64,000 bases of DNA from an uncultured Armatimonadia bacterium (GTDB lineage: Bacteria; Armatimonadota; Zipacnadia; CAVVLO01), in contig CAVVLO010000002.1 of the NCBI GenBank assembly GCA_963749155.1, positions 544,001 to 608,000 of the forward strand, written 5' to 3'. Shown piece after piece: positions 1 through 9,500 of the stretch. The position numbers were made by a program, and so were the translations under genes. The notes below the pieces were generated by a model. It made no database searches and was not told the origin of the DNA. It saw nothing but the letters and a program-made list of their open reading frames with translations. Within the stretch, counting starts at the first letter, position 1. The number at the start of each line of letters is the position of its first letter.

Positions 1-151
1 TCATGAAAGTAGATTTGCCCGAGCCCGAAGGACCCATTATCGCAATAAACTCGCCTGCCGAAATATCCAGACTGACGCCGCGCAGGGCTTCGACGATGAT
101 ATCGCCCATCTGATATATCTTGTGGATGTGGTCTACTTGAATCATGCTCAT
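1..151 (-). CDS. ABC transporter ATP-binding protein, MacB/LolD type (5' part only, runs off the window)
   Basis: Manual translation [50 protein letters not shown] has Walker A GPSGSGKS; lies directly downstream of the MFP gene. Confidence 0.9.
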   Translation of the reverse strand, partial: MSMIQVDHIHKIYQMGDIIVEALRGVSLDISAGEFIAIMGPSGSGKSTFM

Positions 152-156
152 AATCG

Positions 157-2070
157 TCAGAACGGCCTCATCCCCGGCGGTGGCCCTCCACCTCCGGGAC
201 CGCCTCTGTTTCCAGATGAGCCTCCAGGCGCGCCTGGAGCGCCACCCATCCCACCACCCGAGCCATTTGCCGAGGCAGGATAAGTAGTTGCAATCTGCTC
301 GCCTTCGTTCAAGCCACTTGTGATCTCGGAGAACTCTTCGCCTTCCAGCCCAACCTCAACCCGGCGAGGCAGCAGTTGGTCTTCCTGGATTACTGTCACC
401 ATTGCCCGACCGGCGGTTGTCTTCACGGCTGTAGTCGGCACCACCAGCACATCGGTGCTGGCCGCCACCACGAAGTCGCAAGTCGCGTTCATACCAGGCC
501 GCAGCGGCACGTTAATATTGCCAGTGTCCAGTTGCACGGTCACGGGAATAGTCGTTACGCTTTGTTCGGTAGTTGCGCCAGGGGCGATTTTGGTCACAAC
601 CCCGGTGAGTTCGGCGTCGGCATAAGCGTCCAGAGTGACTTTTACCTGCTGCCCAACGGTGATCTGGGCGATGTCAGTCTCATCAATATCGGCCACCGCG
701 AACATCTTGCTTGTGTCCGCAACATCCATCAGAGTGACGCCACTGCTGCCCCCGACCGAAGAACGCGCTCCAGCCACGACGGTGCCCTGGTCTACGTATT
801 TGGTGATGACGATACCGTTGCAGGGCGCCATAATGGTCGTATAGCCAAGCTCGGTTTGAGCGTTGGTAACTGAAGCCTCTGACCGTCGCACCGAAGCTGA
901 AGCTGAAGTGATATCTGCCTGCTTGATAGAGGTCTGATAGGACTCGCCGGAAGTGCGTTTAAGCTCTGCTTCAGCCTGTTTGAGAGAAGCCTCGGCGCTT
1001 GCTATATCCGCATCGGCCAGGGTATCCTGGGCGCGATTCGCCTGAGCAGAAGCCAATTCGGCTTCAGCCTGTTTGACCGAGGCTTCCGCTGCCACAACAT
1101 CCTGCCGGGCCACATCGTCCTTGGTGCGGTTTGCTTCTGCCGCGGCTAGTGAAGCCTTGGCCTGGTCTACCCGGGTCTTGGCGGCTATCAGGCTTTCCTG
1201 AGTCTCATCCTGGATGGTCGCCAGCTTCTTGGTTGCATTTGCAAGCTGAGCCTTCGTGTTGGCGAAACTCTGTTCGGCAACATCCACCTCACTGCGCGGC
1301 ACGAAACCCTTGGAAAAGAGTTCCTTCTGCCGGGCAAGCTGCTTCTCGGCCAGATCATAACTGGCTTTGGCCTGGTCATAAGAGGACTGTGCCGAGGCCA
1401 GTTGCTGGGGTACCAACGCCGAGGACAATTGCTTGTAGTCGGATTCGGCCGAAGCAAGAGAACTGCGGGCTTCCGAGATGCTTGTCGTCGTAAGCTGAGG
1501 TTGCAATTTCGCCTGTTGCTGAGCCTGGGTCAGCTTGGCCTTGGCCGAAGCGATTGCCTGGGTAGCTTTGGTTATGGAAGTCTCCGTCAGCGCCTTTTGC
1601 AGCTTGGCCTGCTCCTTGGCCTGGGCTAGCCGCACTTTGGCTGTCTCAACTGCCTGTTCGGAAGCAGTCAGGCTGGCCGGATGCTGAACCTGCTGTTGAG
1701 CCAGTGATTGCTGGGCCTGCGAGACTTTGGCTCTGGCAGCCTCGAGGTCAGCCTGAGACTGATCGAGCGCGCTTTGGGTGTCGGTTGGATCGATGCGCGC
1801 GATAACCTGGCCTGCTATGACTGAGTCACCTTCATCCACGCCCAGGTAGACCAGTTGTCCGCCTACGTTCGACTTAACTTCAACCGTGCGGAAAGGCTCG
1901 ATAATCGCGACTGCCGAGACAAAGGTCTCCACCGAGCCGCGTTCTACCTTGCTGGTCTCCACGCGCACGACGGGCACCTTGCTACGCCGCACCCAGCCAG
2001 TGATTCCGACGATAATAATGACCAGTAACAGGGCTATAATCAGCCCTTTGCGCTTGCGAATCAGTCCCAC
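157..2070 (-). CDS. Efflux periplasmic adaptor (MacA/HlyD-family membrane fusion protein) with very long coiled-coil hairpin
   Basis: N-terminal TM helix; lipoyl halves ([11 protein letters not shown]...[12 protein letters not shown] and IMAPCNGIV); beta-barrel [22 protein letters not shown] domain VEVGL...[10 protein letters not shown]; Gly/Pro tail. Confidence 0.92.
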   Translation of the reverse strand: MGLIRKRKGLIIALLLVIIIVGITGWVRRSKVPVVRVETSKVERGSVETFVSAVAIIEPFRTVEVKSNVGGQLVYLGVDEGDSVIAGQVIARIDPTDTQSALDQSQADLEAARAKVSQAQQSLAQQQVQHPASLTASEQAVETAKVRLAQAKEQAKLQKALTETSITKATQAIASAKAKLTQAQQQAKLQPQLTTTSISEARSSLASAESDYKQLSSALVPQQLASAQSSYDQAKASYDLAEKQLARQKELFSKGFVPRSEVDVAEQSFANTKAQLANATKKLATIQDETQESLIAAKTRVDQAKASLAAAEANRTKDDVARQDVVAAEASVKQAEAELASAQANRAQDTLADADIASAEASLKQAEAELKRTSGESYQTSIKQADITSASASVRRSEASVTNAQTELGYTTIMAPCNGIVITKYVDQGTVVAGARSSVGGSSGVTLMDVADTSKMFAVADIDETDIAQITVGQQVKVTLDAYADAELTGVVTKIAPGATTEQSVTTIPVTVQLDTGNINVPLRPGMNATCDFVVAASTDVLVVPTTAVKTTAGRAMVTVIQEDQLLPRRVEVGLEGEEFSEITSGLNEGEQIATTYPASANGSGGGMGGAPGAPGGSSGNRGGPGGGGPPPGMRPF

Positions 2071-3441
2071 GAGACCAACCCCTCTCTGCCCAGCACATAA
2101 TGCACTCTGGCCAGGGCGGTTAGATAATCATAATCGGCTTCTACGGCGTTGCTGCGGGCCGTAGTCAATTCTAGTTGCGCGTTTACCAAATCGAGCGGGA
2201 TGCCAAGGCCCTGCGCGTAGCGCGCATCCTGCGCGTCCAGATTGGCCTGGGCGGCCTCGACACTCAAGGCGCTCGCTTTGACGCGCTCTTGCGAGTTTGT
2301 CAAATCCAGCAGCGCCGACCGAAGCTCTGCAGTGATGTCTTTCGTAACTTGTTGCGCGCGCAGGTTGGCCTGGGAGAGCGACGCTTTGGCCTGATTCATA
2401 AGCGGCCTTGTTGGCCTTGCCATCGAATATGTCATACACAACAACCGCGGTGACATCGTAGTTATCGTCGTTGCTTCCACTTAGGGGGTTGTAATAATCT
2501 CCGGTCACATTGAGCTGGGCGCCTTTCTGGATTTTTGCCGTCTTGACCGATTGCTCAGCCGATCCAACACTGGCCTGGGCAGCCACCTGATCTGGACGCC
2601 TGCCAAGGGCTTCGGCAAGAGCTGGCTCGAAGAGCGGCGATTCCAGCAGCGCAGGCCGGGGTACTTCCTGAATGGCGAAGGTCGCCTCAGGGGTTAGGCC
2701 CATCGCCTGCTGCAGGTCTGTCGCTGCCAGAAACACGTCATTGCGGGCAGCCAGGTCACTGACCCGGGCGTTGGCAAGTTGGGCCCTGAGAGGCAGCGCG
2801 TCGACAGGGGCTGCATCGCCGGCCTGGATACGCCCCTCCACCAGCAGCAGTTGCCCTTCGGTATACCCTACCTGGGCTTCGGCCACCTGGGCCAGTTGCT
2901 GGGCTCTGAGCAACGCGAAATAGGAAGTCGTTACCTGGAAGATAGTTGCCTGACGCGTCCGCAGCAAATCTGCATCGGCCGCCTGGAGCGCATACTTGGC
3001 TGATTTGACACTGGCCTCTCGAAGGCCGTTATCCCAAAACAGGTGCGAAAGCGCCACCTGGTGAGAAGCTTTGTCTCGGTCCTGGGCACTGTGCTCGATA
3101 AGCATCCGGCTGCTTTGAACTGAAAGCTGGGGGTAATAGGCGCTCTTCTGGCGTATCTCGTTTGCTTTGGCGGAGGCAAGCGCCTGTTCGCCAATCAGTA
3201 TGTCTACCTGTTCGCCAAGCGCAATAGCGACACAGTCCGAAAGCGAAAGCGCCTCGGGCTGGATCTCGACTGCCTTGGCGAGGGCTGTATTCTGTGCAGG
3301 CTCAGTGGTTGCGTCCTCCTGGGCGTACCCTCCCAAAGCACCCCCAGCAAGATAAACAAGCACCGATAGCATCCAGCACACGGCAAGGCGATGCCTTGCA
3401 AGACCGAGCAGCATCACTCGACCTGTCCTGTGGACTGGCAT
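2061..3441 (-). CDS. TolC-family outer-membrane efflux protein (one frameshift near 2397)
   Basis: ORFs 2128..3498 and 2061..2480 join into two OEP repeats (LSLSDCVAIAL, YYPQLS, RYAQGLGIPLDLVNAQ); ATG at 3441 has RBS GGAGGAG. Confidence 0.85.
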
Positions 3442-3503
3442 TATGAATCCCTCCTCCCTGGTCAAACCGACGAAAAGACAGTTTACGAGGCTGTCCAAGA
3501 ATC

Positions 3504-3536
3504 AGAATACCTGCTTGTTCTGAAATTGGTATGAAA
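3504..3536 (-). promoter_or_regulatory. Putative OmpR-family tandem box TTTCA-N6-TTTCA plus -10 (TATTCT) 11 nt downstream
   Basis: 11-bp-period direct repeat about 80 nt upstream of the TolC start; same architecture recurs at 6510-6542. Confidence 0.6.
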
Positions 3537-3617
3537 AAACCTGTAGTTATGGGATGCATATGGTACAAGATAAAGTGAATAAGGTCACTTGTGGTCTGTC
3601 TGAGAAGGTGAGTTAAA

Positions 3618-4307
3618 TTGAGATTGCTTCTTATTGAAGATGACGAATTGATCCAGGAGGTCGTAAGTCGCGGGCTTGAGGAAGAACAAGGGTATGAGGT
3701 AGATACAGCCGGCGATGGGCCAACTGGGCTTCGGATGGCTCTTGATGAGGATTATGCGCTTATAATCCTCGATTTGATGCTGCCTGGTCTGGATGGACTG
3801 CGTATCTGCGAGGAAATCCGCAACCGGCGCATCTCTACGCCCATCCTGATGCTGACTGCTCGCGATGCCATCGGCGACAGGGTAAAAGGCCTGGAGACGG
3901 GGGCTGACGATTACTTGCCCAAGCCCTTCGACTTCCGCGAATTACGGGCCCGGGTGCATGCCTTGCTGCGTCGAGACAAGACCAACAAGGCTCGAGTGCT
4001 TCATATTGGGCCACTGGTTCTGGATACAGGCAATCACACTGTTATGCTCGGTGAAGAGGAGCTTGTATTGACTCCGCGCGAGTATTCGCTGCTTGAGGCA
4101 CTGTCGCTTAACGAAGGCCGCGTGATGACTCGCGATGCCATTATGTACCGAGTCTGGGGCAATTACGATGCTACGTCCAACACTGTGGATGTCTACATCC
4201 GGATGCTGCGCAAGAAACTGGAAGATGCAGGATTGCCAAAACTGATAAATACTGTCCACGGGCTTGGGTATATGCTTAAGGCTCCAAAACGGGGGGAGGA
4301 CGAGTGA
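3618..4307 (+). CDS. OmpR/PhoB-family response regulator
   Basis: Receiver motifs IEDD, ILDLMLPGLDG, GADDYLPKPF; winged helix NTVDVYIRMLRKKL..INTVHGLGY; TTG start. Confidence 0.95.
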   Translation: MRLLLIEDDELIQEVVSRGLEEEQGYEVDTAGDGPTGLRMALDEDYALIILDLMLPGLDGLRICEEIRNRRISTPILMLTARDAIGDRVKGLETGADDYLPKPFDFRELRARVHALLRRDKTNKARVLHIGPLVLDTGNHTVMLGEEELVLTPREYSLLEALSLNEGRVMTRDAIMYRVWGNYDATSNTVDVYIRMLRKKLEDAGLPKLINTVHGLGYMLKAPKRGEDE

Positions 4308-5839
4308 GACTCAGCTCTGTGCGCCTCAGGCTGCTTGTCTGGAATATCGTGGTGCTCGCTGTGGTGCTCTCGGGCTTCCTTCTCGCGACGCATTTTGCCG
4401 TGCGCAGCTATCTGCTTGCGGGAGTGGACAGCAGGCTAAAAGTAATGGCTGAGCGCGTAGCAATGGGCGAGATGATGTTCGCGCGGGGGCCTTTTATGGC
4501 GCCGCCTCCGGGGGGCAATGCAGGACCGCCGCCACCGCCCCCTCCCTCTGATGAAGATGCTCCACCTCCTCCGGCAGGTAACGCGGGGCCTCCCCCCGCG
4601 GGTAACGCAGGACCACCGCCAGCGGGTACTGTGGGGCCACCTCCTCCAGGGCCACAACCGCGTTATATGGAAAGCCGGGTCAAGGCCTTTGATACCAAGT
4701 GCCAGCCCCTCGACAGACCCTGGTTCCCCAAAGAGGAGCCCTGGGATATGCCAGCCGCCCAGCAGGCCCTCAAAGGTATCGCCAGCTTCTCACGAGTGGT
4801 AGCTGACGAGATTCCCTTGCGCCTGTATACGATGGGCATCGTTTCTCGAAGTGAAACCATTGGCGTAGTGCAGGTCAGTATGCCCCTCGAAGAACTTGAG
4901 ATGCTTCTTGACAGCTTGACTTTTACCCTGCTGCTGTTGATGCCAGTTGGGCTGTTGCTGGCTGCCGCTGGTGGGCTATTCCTCACAAACCGCGCCCTGA
5001 AGCCTGTCGGCCAGATCGCCGAGGCGGCCGCGCAACTTAAGGCTGAAGACCTTTCTCAGCGCCTGCCTGTCTTTGGCCAGGATGAGTTTGCTCGTCTGGC
5101 CGCCACGATGAATGGGATGCTCGACAGGGTTGAGGAAGCCTTCAGCAGCCTGCAACGCTCCTATGAGCGCGAGCATCGCTTTACTGCAGACGCCTCGCAT
5201 GAGCTGCGCACCCCACTCACTGTCATAAAGGCCAATACCTCCAATGCGCTCAGTCGAAAGCTTGCCTCCGAGGATGACCGCAAGACTCTCGAAGCTATTG
5301 ATCACGCGGCAGATTCGATGCAGCGACTCGTCGAAGACCTGTTGCTGCTGGCGCGCTCGGAGGGCGAACCTTCCGATCTGAACAGGGAAGCAATTGCGCC
5401 TGCCGAGGTATTTGCCTCCGCCTTAAGTGCTGTGGGTGACCTTGAAGAGGGCCCCGAGGTGGAGGTGGTATTGGAATCAAAAGTGCCGGCCATATGGGGA
5501 GCCCCTGACCAGCTCGCGCGGCTTGTCGCCAATCTGATTGAAAACGCCTTGCGTCACACTGCCGCTGAGGGAAAAGTCGTCCTGTCTGCCCGGGCCGCTG
5601 AAGATATGGTCGAGATCACCCTCAGTGACACAGGCGAAGGGATTGCTCCCGAGCATCTGGCCCACCTGGGAGAGCGTTTTTATCGGGTCGAAGGTTCGCG
5701 TTCTCGCCGTCACGGGGGAGCGGGGCTTGGCCTGGCTATTTGCAAGAGCATCGTCGAAGCTCATAGCGGCACTCTCAAGCTGGAAAGCCAGCCCGGAGAA
5801 GGCACTACCGTCACTCTACTGCTTCCGAAAGCCGAGTAA
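4304..5839 (+). CDS. HAMP-domain sensor histidine kinase with proline-rich extracytoplasmic region
   Basis: Two TM helices, HAMP (DEFARLAATMN), H-box DASHELRTPL, N-box NLIENALRH, G boxes DTGEGI and GAGLGLAI; GTGA overlap with the regulator. Confidence 0.95.
   Translation: MRLSSVRLRLLVWNIVVLAVVLSGFLLATHFAVRSYLLAGVDSRLKVMAERVAMGEMMFARGPFMAPPPGGNAGPPPPPPPSDEDAPPPPAGNAGPPPAGNAGPPPAGTVGPPPPGPQPRYMESRVKAFDTKCQPLDRPWFPKEEPWDMPAAQQALKGIASFSRVVADEIPLRLYTMGIVSRSETIGVVQVSMPLEELEMLLDSLTFTLLLLMPVGLLLAAAGGLFLTNRALKPVGQIAEAAAQLKAEDLSQRLPVFGQDEFARLAATMNGMLDRVEEAFSSLQRSYEREHRFTADASHELRTPLTVIKANTSNALSRKLASEDDRKTLEAIDHAADSMQRLVEDLLLLARSEGEPSDLNREAIAPAEVFASALSAVGDLEEGPEVEVVLESKVPAIWGAPDQLARLVANLIENALRHTAAEGKVVLSARAAEDMVEITLSDTGEGIAPEHLAHLGERFYRVEGSRSRRHGGAGLGLAICKSIVEAHSGTLKLESQPGEGTTVTLLLPKAE
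4501..4655 (+). repeat. Degenerate 24-bp coding repeat encoding PPPAGNAG/PPPGGNAG/PPPAGTVG (about 4 copies) plus poly-Pro
   Basis: Units such as ccggcaggtaacgcggggcctccc / cccgcgggtaacgcaggaccaccg / ccagcgggtactgtggggccacct are visible in the sequence. Confidence 0.8.
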
Positions 5840-5850
5840 TACGCGTCATA

Positions 5851-5889
5851 AAAAGCCGGCAAGCTTCCCGAGGGAGGCCTGCCGGCTTT
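5851..5889. terminator. Probable bidirectional intrinsic terminator
   Basis: aaagccggca...tgccggcttt stem with inner cttccc/gggagg pairing, between convergent genes, with A- and T-rich flanks. Confidence 0.7.
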
Positions 5890-5914
5890 GTTAGTCTGTT
5901 TGACTGTCTAGAGC

Positions 5915-6428
5915 TCAGTACTGGCCGCCAAAGCCCTGGCCACCCTGACCGCCTTGACCGCCCTGACCACCCTGACCGCCTGGCTGGAAGCCCTGGGGCA
6001 TCTGGAACTGCTGCACGGGCAACTCGACATATCCGATGGGGCTGAGATCGCTGGCCGAATACTTGAGCAGCCTGCCACTCATCGCGACATAGACGCCATC
6101 GGCATCCACTGTGAAGGTAGCTCTGCCCATCATCCGCCCTTGCTGCTGCTCTCCGAGTGCCTGAGTCAGATCAACCTGGGCAATGACCTTGAGGTTGGTG
6201 TCGTACAGTTGCAGTGTCATGCCGGTCAGCACGTAGAGATTGCCGTTTTCGGCCTCCATCGTGGTACCGCCGCCGAACATCCCCATCCATTGCACCCATA
6301 CCGCCCATACTGCGACCACCTGGAAAACCCTGGCCCCCTGGGCCTTGCGCGTACACATACGCCGCGACAACGCTTAGCAAAGCAATAATCAGCAAGGCCA
6401 GCAACACAAACGAAGTCTTCTTGTTCAT
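5915..6428 (-). CDS. Small secreted Gly/Gln/Met-rich hypothetical protein (frameshift near 6290)
   Basis: Signal peptide MNKKTSFVLLALLIIALLSVVAAYVYA (ORF 6171..6428) joins ORF 5915..6370; RBS AGGAGG. Confidence 0.7.
5934..5978 (-). repeat. 5 x 9-bp coding tandem repeat (GGQ)n
   Basis: ccctggcca ccctgaccg ccttgaccg ccctgacca ccctgaccg on the + strand. Confidence 0.85.
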
Positions 6429-6509
6429 AGAGTGCCTCCTGTCCCCTCCCAGGGACTCTCGCTCTTATTCAAGAGCAGCTAGTCGAATGTGAATCGGATC
6501 TTGATTTTC

Positions 6510-6542
6510 AGGTTACGCGCCATATATGAAATCCAAATGAAA
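6510..6542 (-). promoter_or_regulatory. Putative OmpR-family tandem box TTTCA-N6-TTTCA plus -10 (TAACCT) 11 nt downstream
   Basis: atgaaatc-caa-atgaaatc on the + strand; spacing identical to 3504-3536. Confidence 0.6.
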
Positions 6543-6551
6543 TCGATATCT

Positions 6552-9500
6552 CTAAGGCGCTACCTTGAGAACTGCCGTGCGCCTTTCGCCGAACCAGGCT
6601 CTGCCTTTCGCCATCAGCTCGAACGAGACCATTGTCTCGCCAGTTGCAGCCGATATCAGCACGAATTCCTCCACCTGAGCGTCCTTCAGGAAAGGCGTTG
6701 TGGCTGTGATTGGCGCTGAAAACTCCAGCCCATAGTCAGCCCTGCCCGCCAGATACACACCGCCAGCGCCTTGTCCTTCGGGGGCAAGCCAGGTGGCCTC
6801 GCCGATATTCCCAAGCGATGCCCTGCAATAAACCGGCTGCCCTTCGACGACCTCCAGTGTTGCGCCCTGGGTCACCGGCCTCCACTCGCCTTCGCCGCTT
6901 CTTACCTCTAGCGAGTTGAATTCGCCATTAAGATAAATCGGCGGATTATGCCCGCTATAGGGTTTATTGCCCACGGCGGTTAGCGGGCAACTTGCGGAAT
7001 CCGTGCCCGTCCCAGCCGTCTTGACCTCTGGCCTTTCTCCTGCCTGGACGAGAGCAAGGTATTGTTCTGAATAGACGTCCCAGGCGTCGGGATAGTTCGC
7101 ATCCAAATCCAGCTCGATTGTCGCTGTCGCCGGCTCATGCACTACCGTATCGAACTGGGGGAGATACTCGTGCAGTATCTCGCAGACCGGCCGCTCCAAG
7201 CCGTCGGGCTCCAGCACCCCAAAATCACTGTTCTCCCCGAGCCTGAACCCGCCCGGCAACCACCAGGGGGCAGCACCGCGCGCTCCTGATTCGATAAACA
7301 TCTTGTAGAAAGCCTCGTGTTCGGCTTTCTGGTATGCCAGTTCTTCGGGCTTGAGGTCCACCTGGGTCTGTTTCCAGGCGTCCTGGAAGCCGTTGGCCGT
7401 GTAGCCGAACTCCATCCAGACGACAGGTTTCTCGCCTGAGAAATGGCGGAAATAAAGCGTAATCAAGCCGCCCTTGCGAATCTGCTCTGCGGGAGTTGGC
7501 ACCCCCCAGGCTTTCATCAGGCTGTAGCCTTCAGGATTCATAAAGTCCACGTGCTTGAGCACGCCCACCGAATGCGCGTGGGCGAAGGCCTGCCCCCAGG
7601 GGATACTGCAAGCGCCGAACCTGAAGGAGATGAGATGCCTGGGATCATATTCTGTAAGCGCGTTTACCATCTGCCCATAAGCCTGACTGTACCTATCGCT
7701 CCAGGCCCTGCGGAAAGCCGCTACCATCACATCCCACTCGCCATGACCTCGCACCTGTTCGAGCGTTGGCACGGGCAACCGGCCATCGGCTTCCACTTTG
7801 GGATCGAATCCCCAGTCGGCGATGGCGTTTTCGACAGAGCCGTATCTCTCGATCACCCAGTCGTTCCAGTTGCCCTGGAAGAACGCCAGGCCGCTGGGCA
7901 CCCCCCAGGCGCCCGAGATAGGCTCCCAGGCCAGCTCCCAGGTCATAATCGCCGGATGGTCCTTGAGGCCGGCTTTGGTGATGTAGTCCTTCACCCAGTC
8001 AGGATTTGCATTGGTGAGCGGCCAGGCGTTCGGCATAAAGAAGAAGACCTTCACCCCGTGGCGCTCGCACCGGTCCAGGAAGTCAGTCTGATCTCTATAT
8101 CCATTCGGATCGTCCAGATCAGCGGGTTGAAGAGCGAAGACTCCACTGATCGAATTGATGCCGATAGAGTTCATCCAGGCCAGGTCGCGCTCGATTATTT
8201 CCGGATCATACCCTTCGCGCGAATAGATATTGAGGTTGGGATAACCACCAACCCAACTCGGCCGGTAGTTGATTCCCTTGAAATACCAGGGCTTGCCTTT
8301 ATAGATAAAGTTGTCACCGACCACCTGCACAAAATCTTCGTCCGTTGGCGCGGCCCGGCGCTCCACAACCAGGTCGTGAGTGATGCGATCCGCGACCACC
8401 CCGCCTTCCAGCAGCGTCACTGTCACCTCGTAGTGGCCTGCCTTGTCAGGGGCGGCCTCGCGCCAGGAGGCAGAGGCTCTCTGGCCAGCCGGCAAGGTGA
8501 CATAGGTGGTCTCGCGCTTGGCTTCTGGCCCGAAGGCGCCGGTGGTTGTGTAGTCGAGAACGAAGGCAAGCTGTTTTGACTGCTTGCTCGCGTTGAGCGC
8601 AGTGGCGCCAAAAGTCAGTTCTTCACTTGGCTTTGCCGAGAAGAACTCCGCGCCGCCTTCCACGAGGAAGCTGCTCCCCGCCATCGCCTTCGCCGTGGAA
8701 AGCACCGCCTGCCTCAAGCCCAGTATTCGCGAAAGCGGCTTGCGGATCAGCCACGCCCAGATTCGCCCAATGGCGTTAGGGCTGGTCGCATCGCCAATCA
8801 TCAGCGAAAGTAGCGCTCCCCTGTGGAAGCCCTCCGAATCGCGCGCTTCGAGTAGCGGCACCCAGCGCCAGGACCGCTGCCGGTCAACGCCACGACCGCG
8901 CTCGCGCCATACCGGCGAGTAGGCTTTCTCCTGCCAGGCTACCTGGGAATCAGCGCGGAGTATCGCCTGCTCTGTGGCCGCGACAAAATTCTGGGGTGTC
9001 TTCAGTGCGAACAATTTGTACGAGGGGCACAGGATCTCAATCTCGGGCAGCGTGAAATCCAGATTTCTGCCTCCAGGATCTACGGCTGTCCCGACTTGCT
9101 TTAGCCAGATGCGATGCTGGCCAGGCTCGACTTTCTTGGTGTGACTGGTCGCAAGCCCGAAGGTGATGTCCTGCATATTCTCTGGACGGAAATGATCGCC
9201 CGCCTTGCCGCGCGCCGCGTTGGAATCCATCCAGTAGGGGAAGTCCTGCGGCCTCAAAGCATAGAAACGCCAGTCGGTGCCAAGCTCTACGGTGGCAATC
9301 CAGCGCGAGCCGTCTATCTCCTTACACTCAATCAGCATCTGACTGGTCGTCGCATCACCCTTTGCCCAGAAGGTAAGGAGACTTTTATCCTGGCCAAAGG
9401 AGCCGGTGATGTTGGCGAGGAACCCGTCCCAGGTGCTCTCGAAGCCCTGATACCCCGTATAGTCGAAGCTCAGCTCCCAGGCGTCCTCTCCCTCCGCAGG

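Noticed and set aside
4501..5978. Short tandem repeats as a possible CRISPR array
   Set aside because: They are in-frame coding repeats (24 bp and 9 bp) without unique spacers; no cas genes in the window
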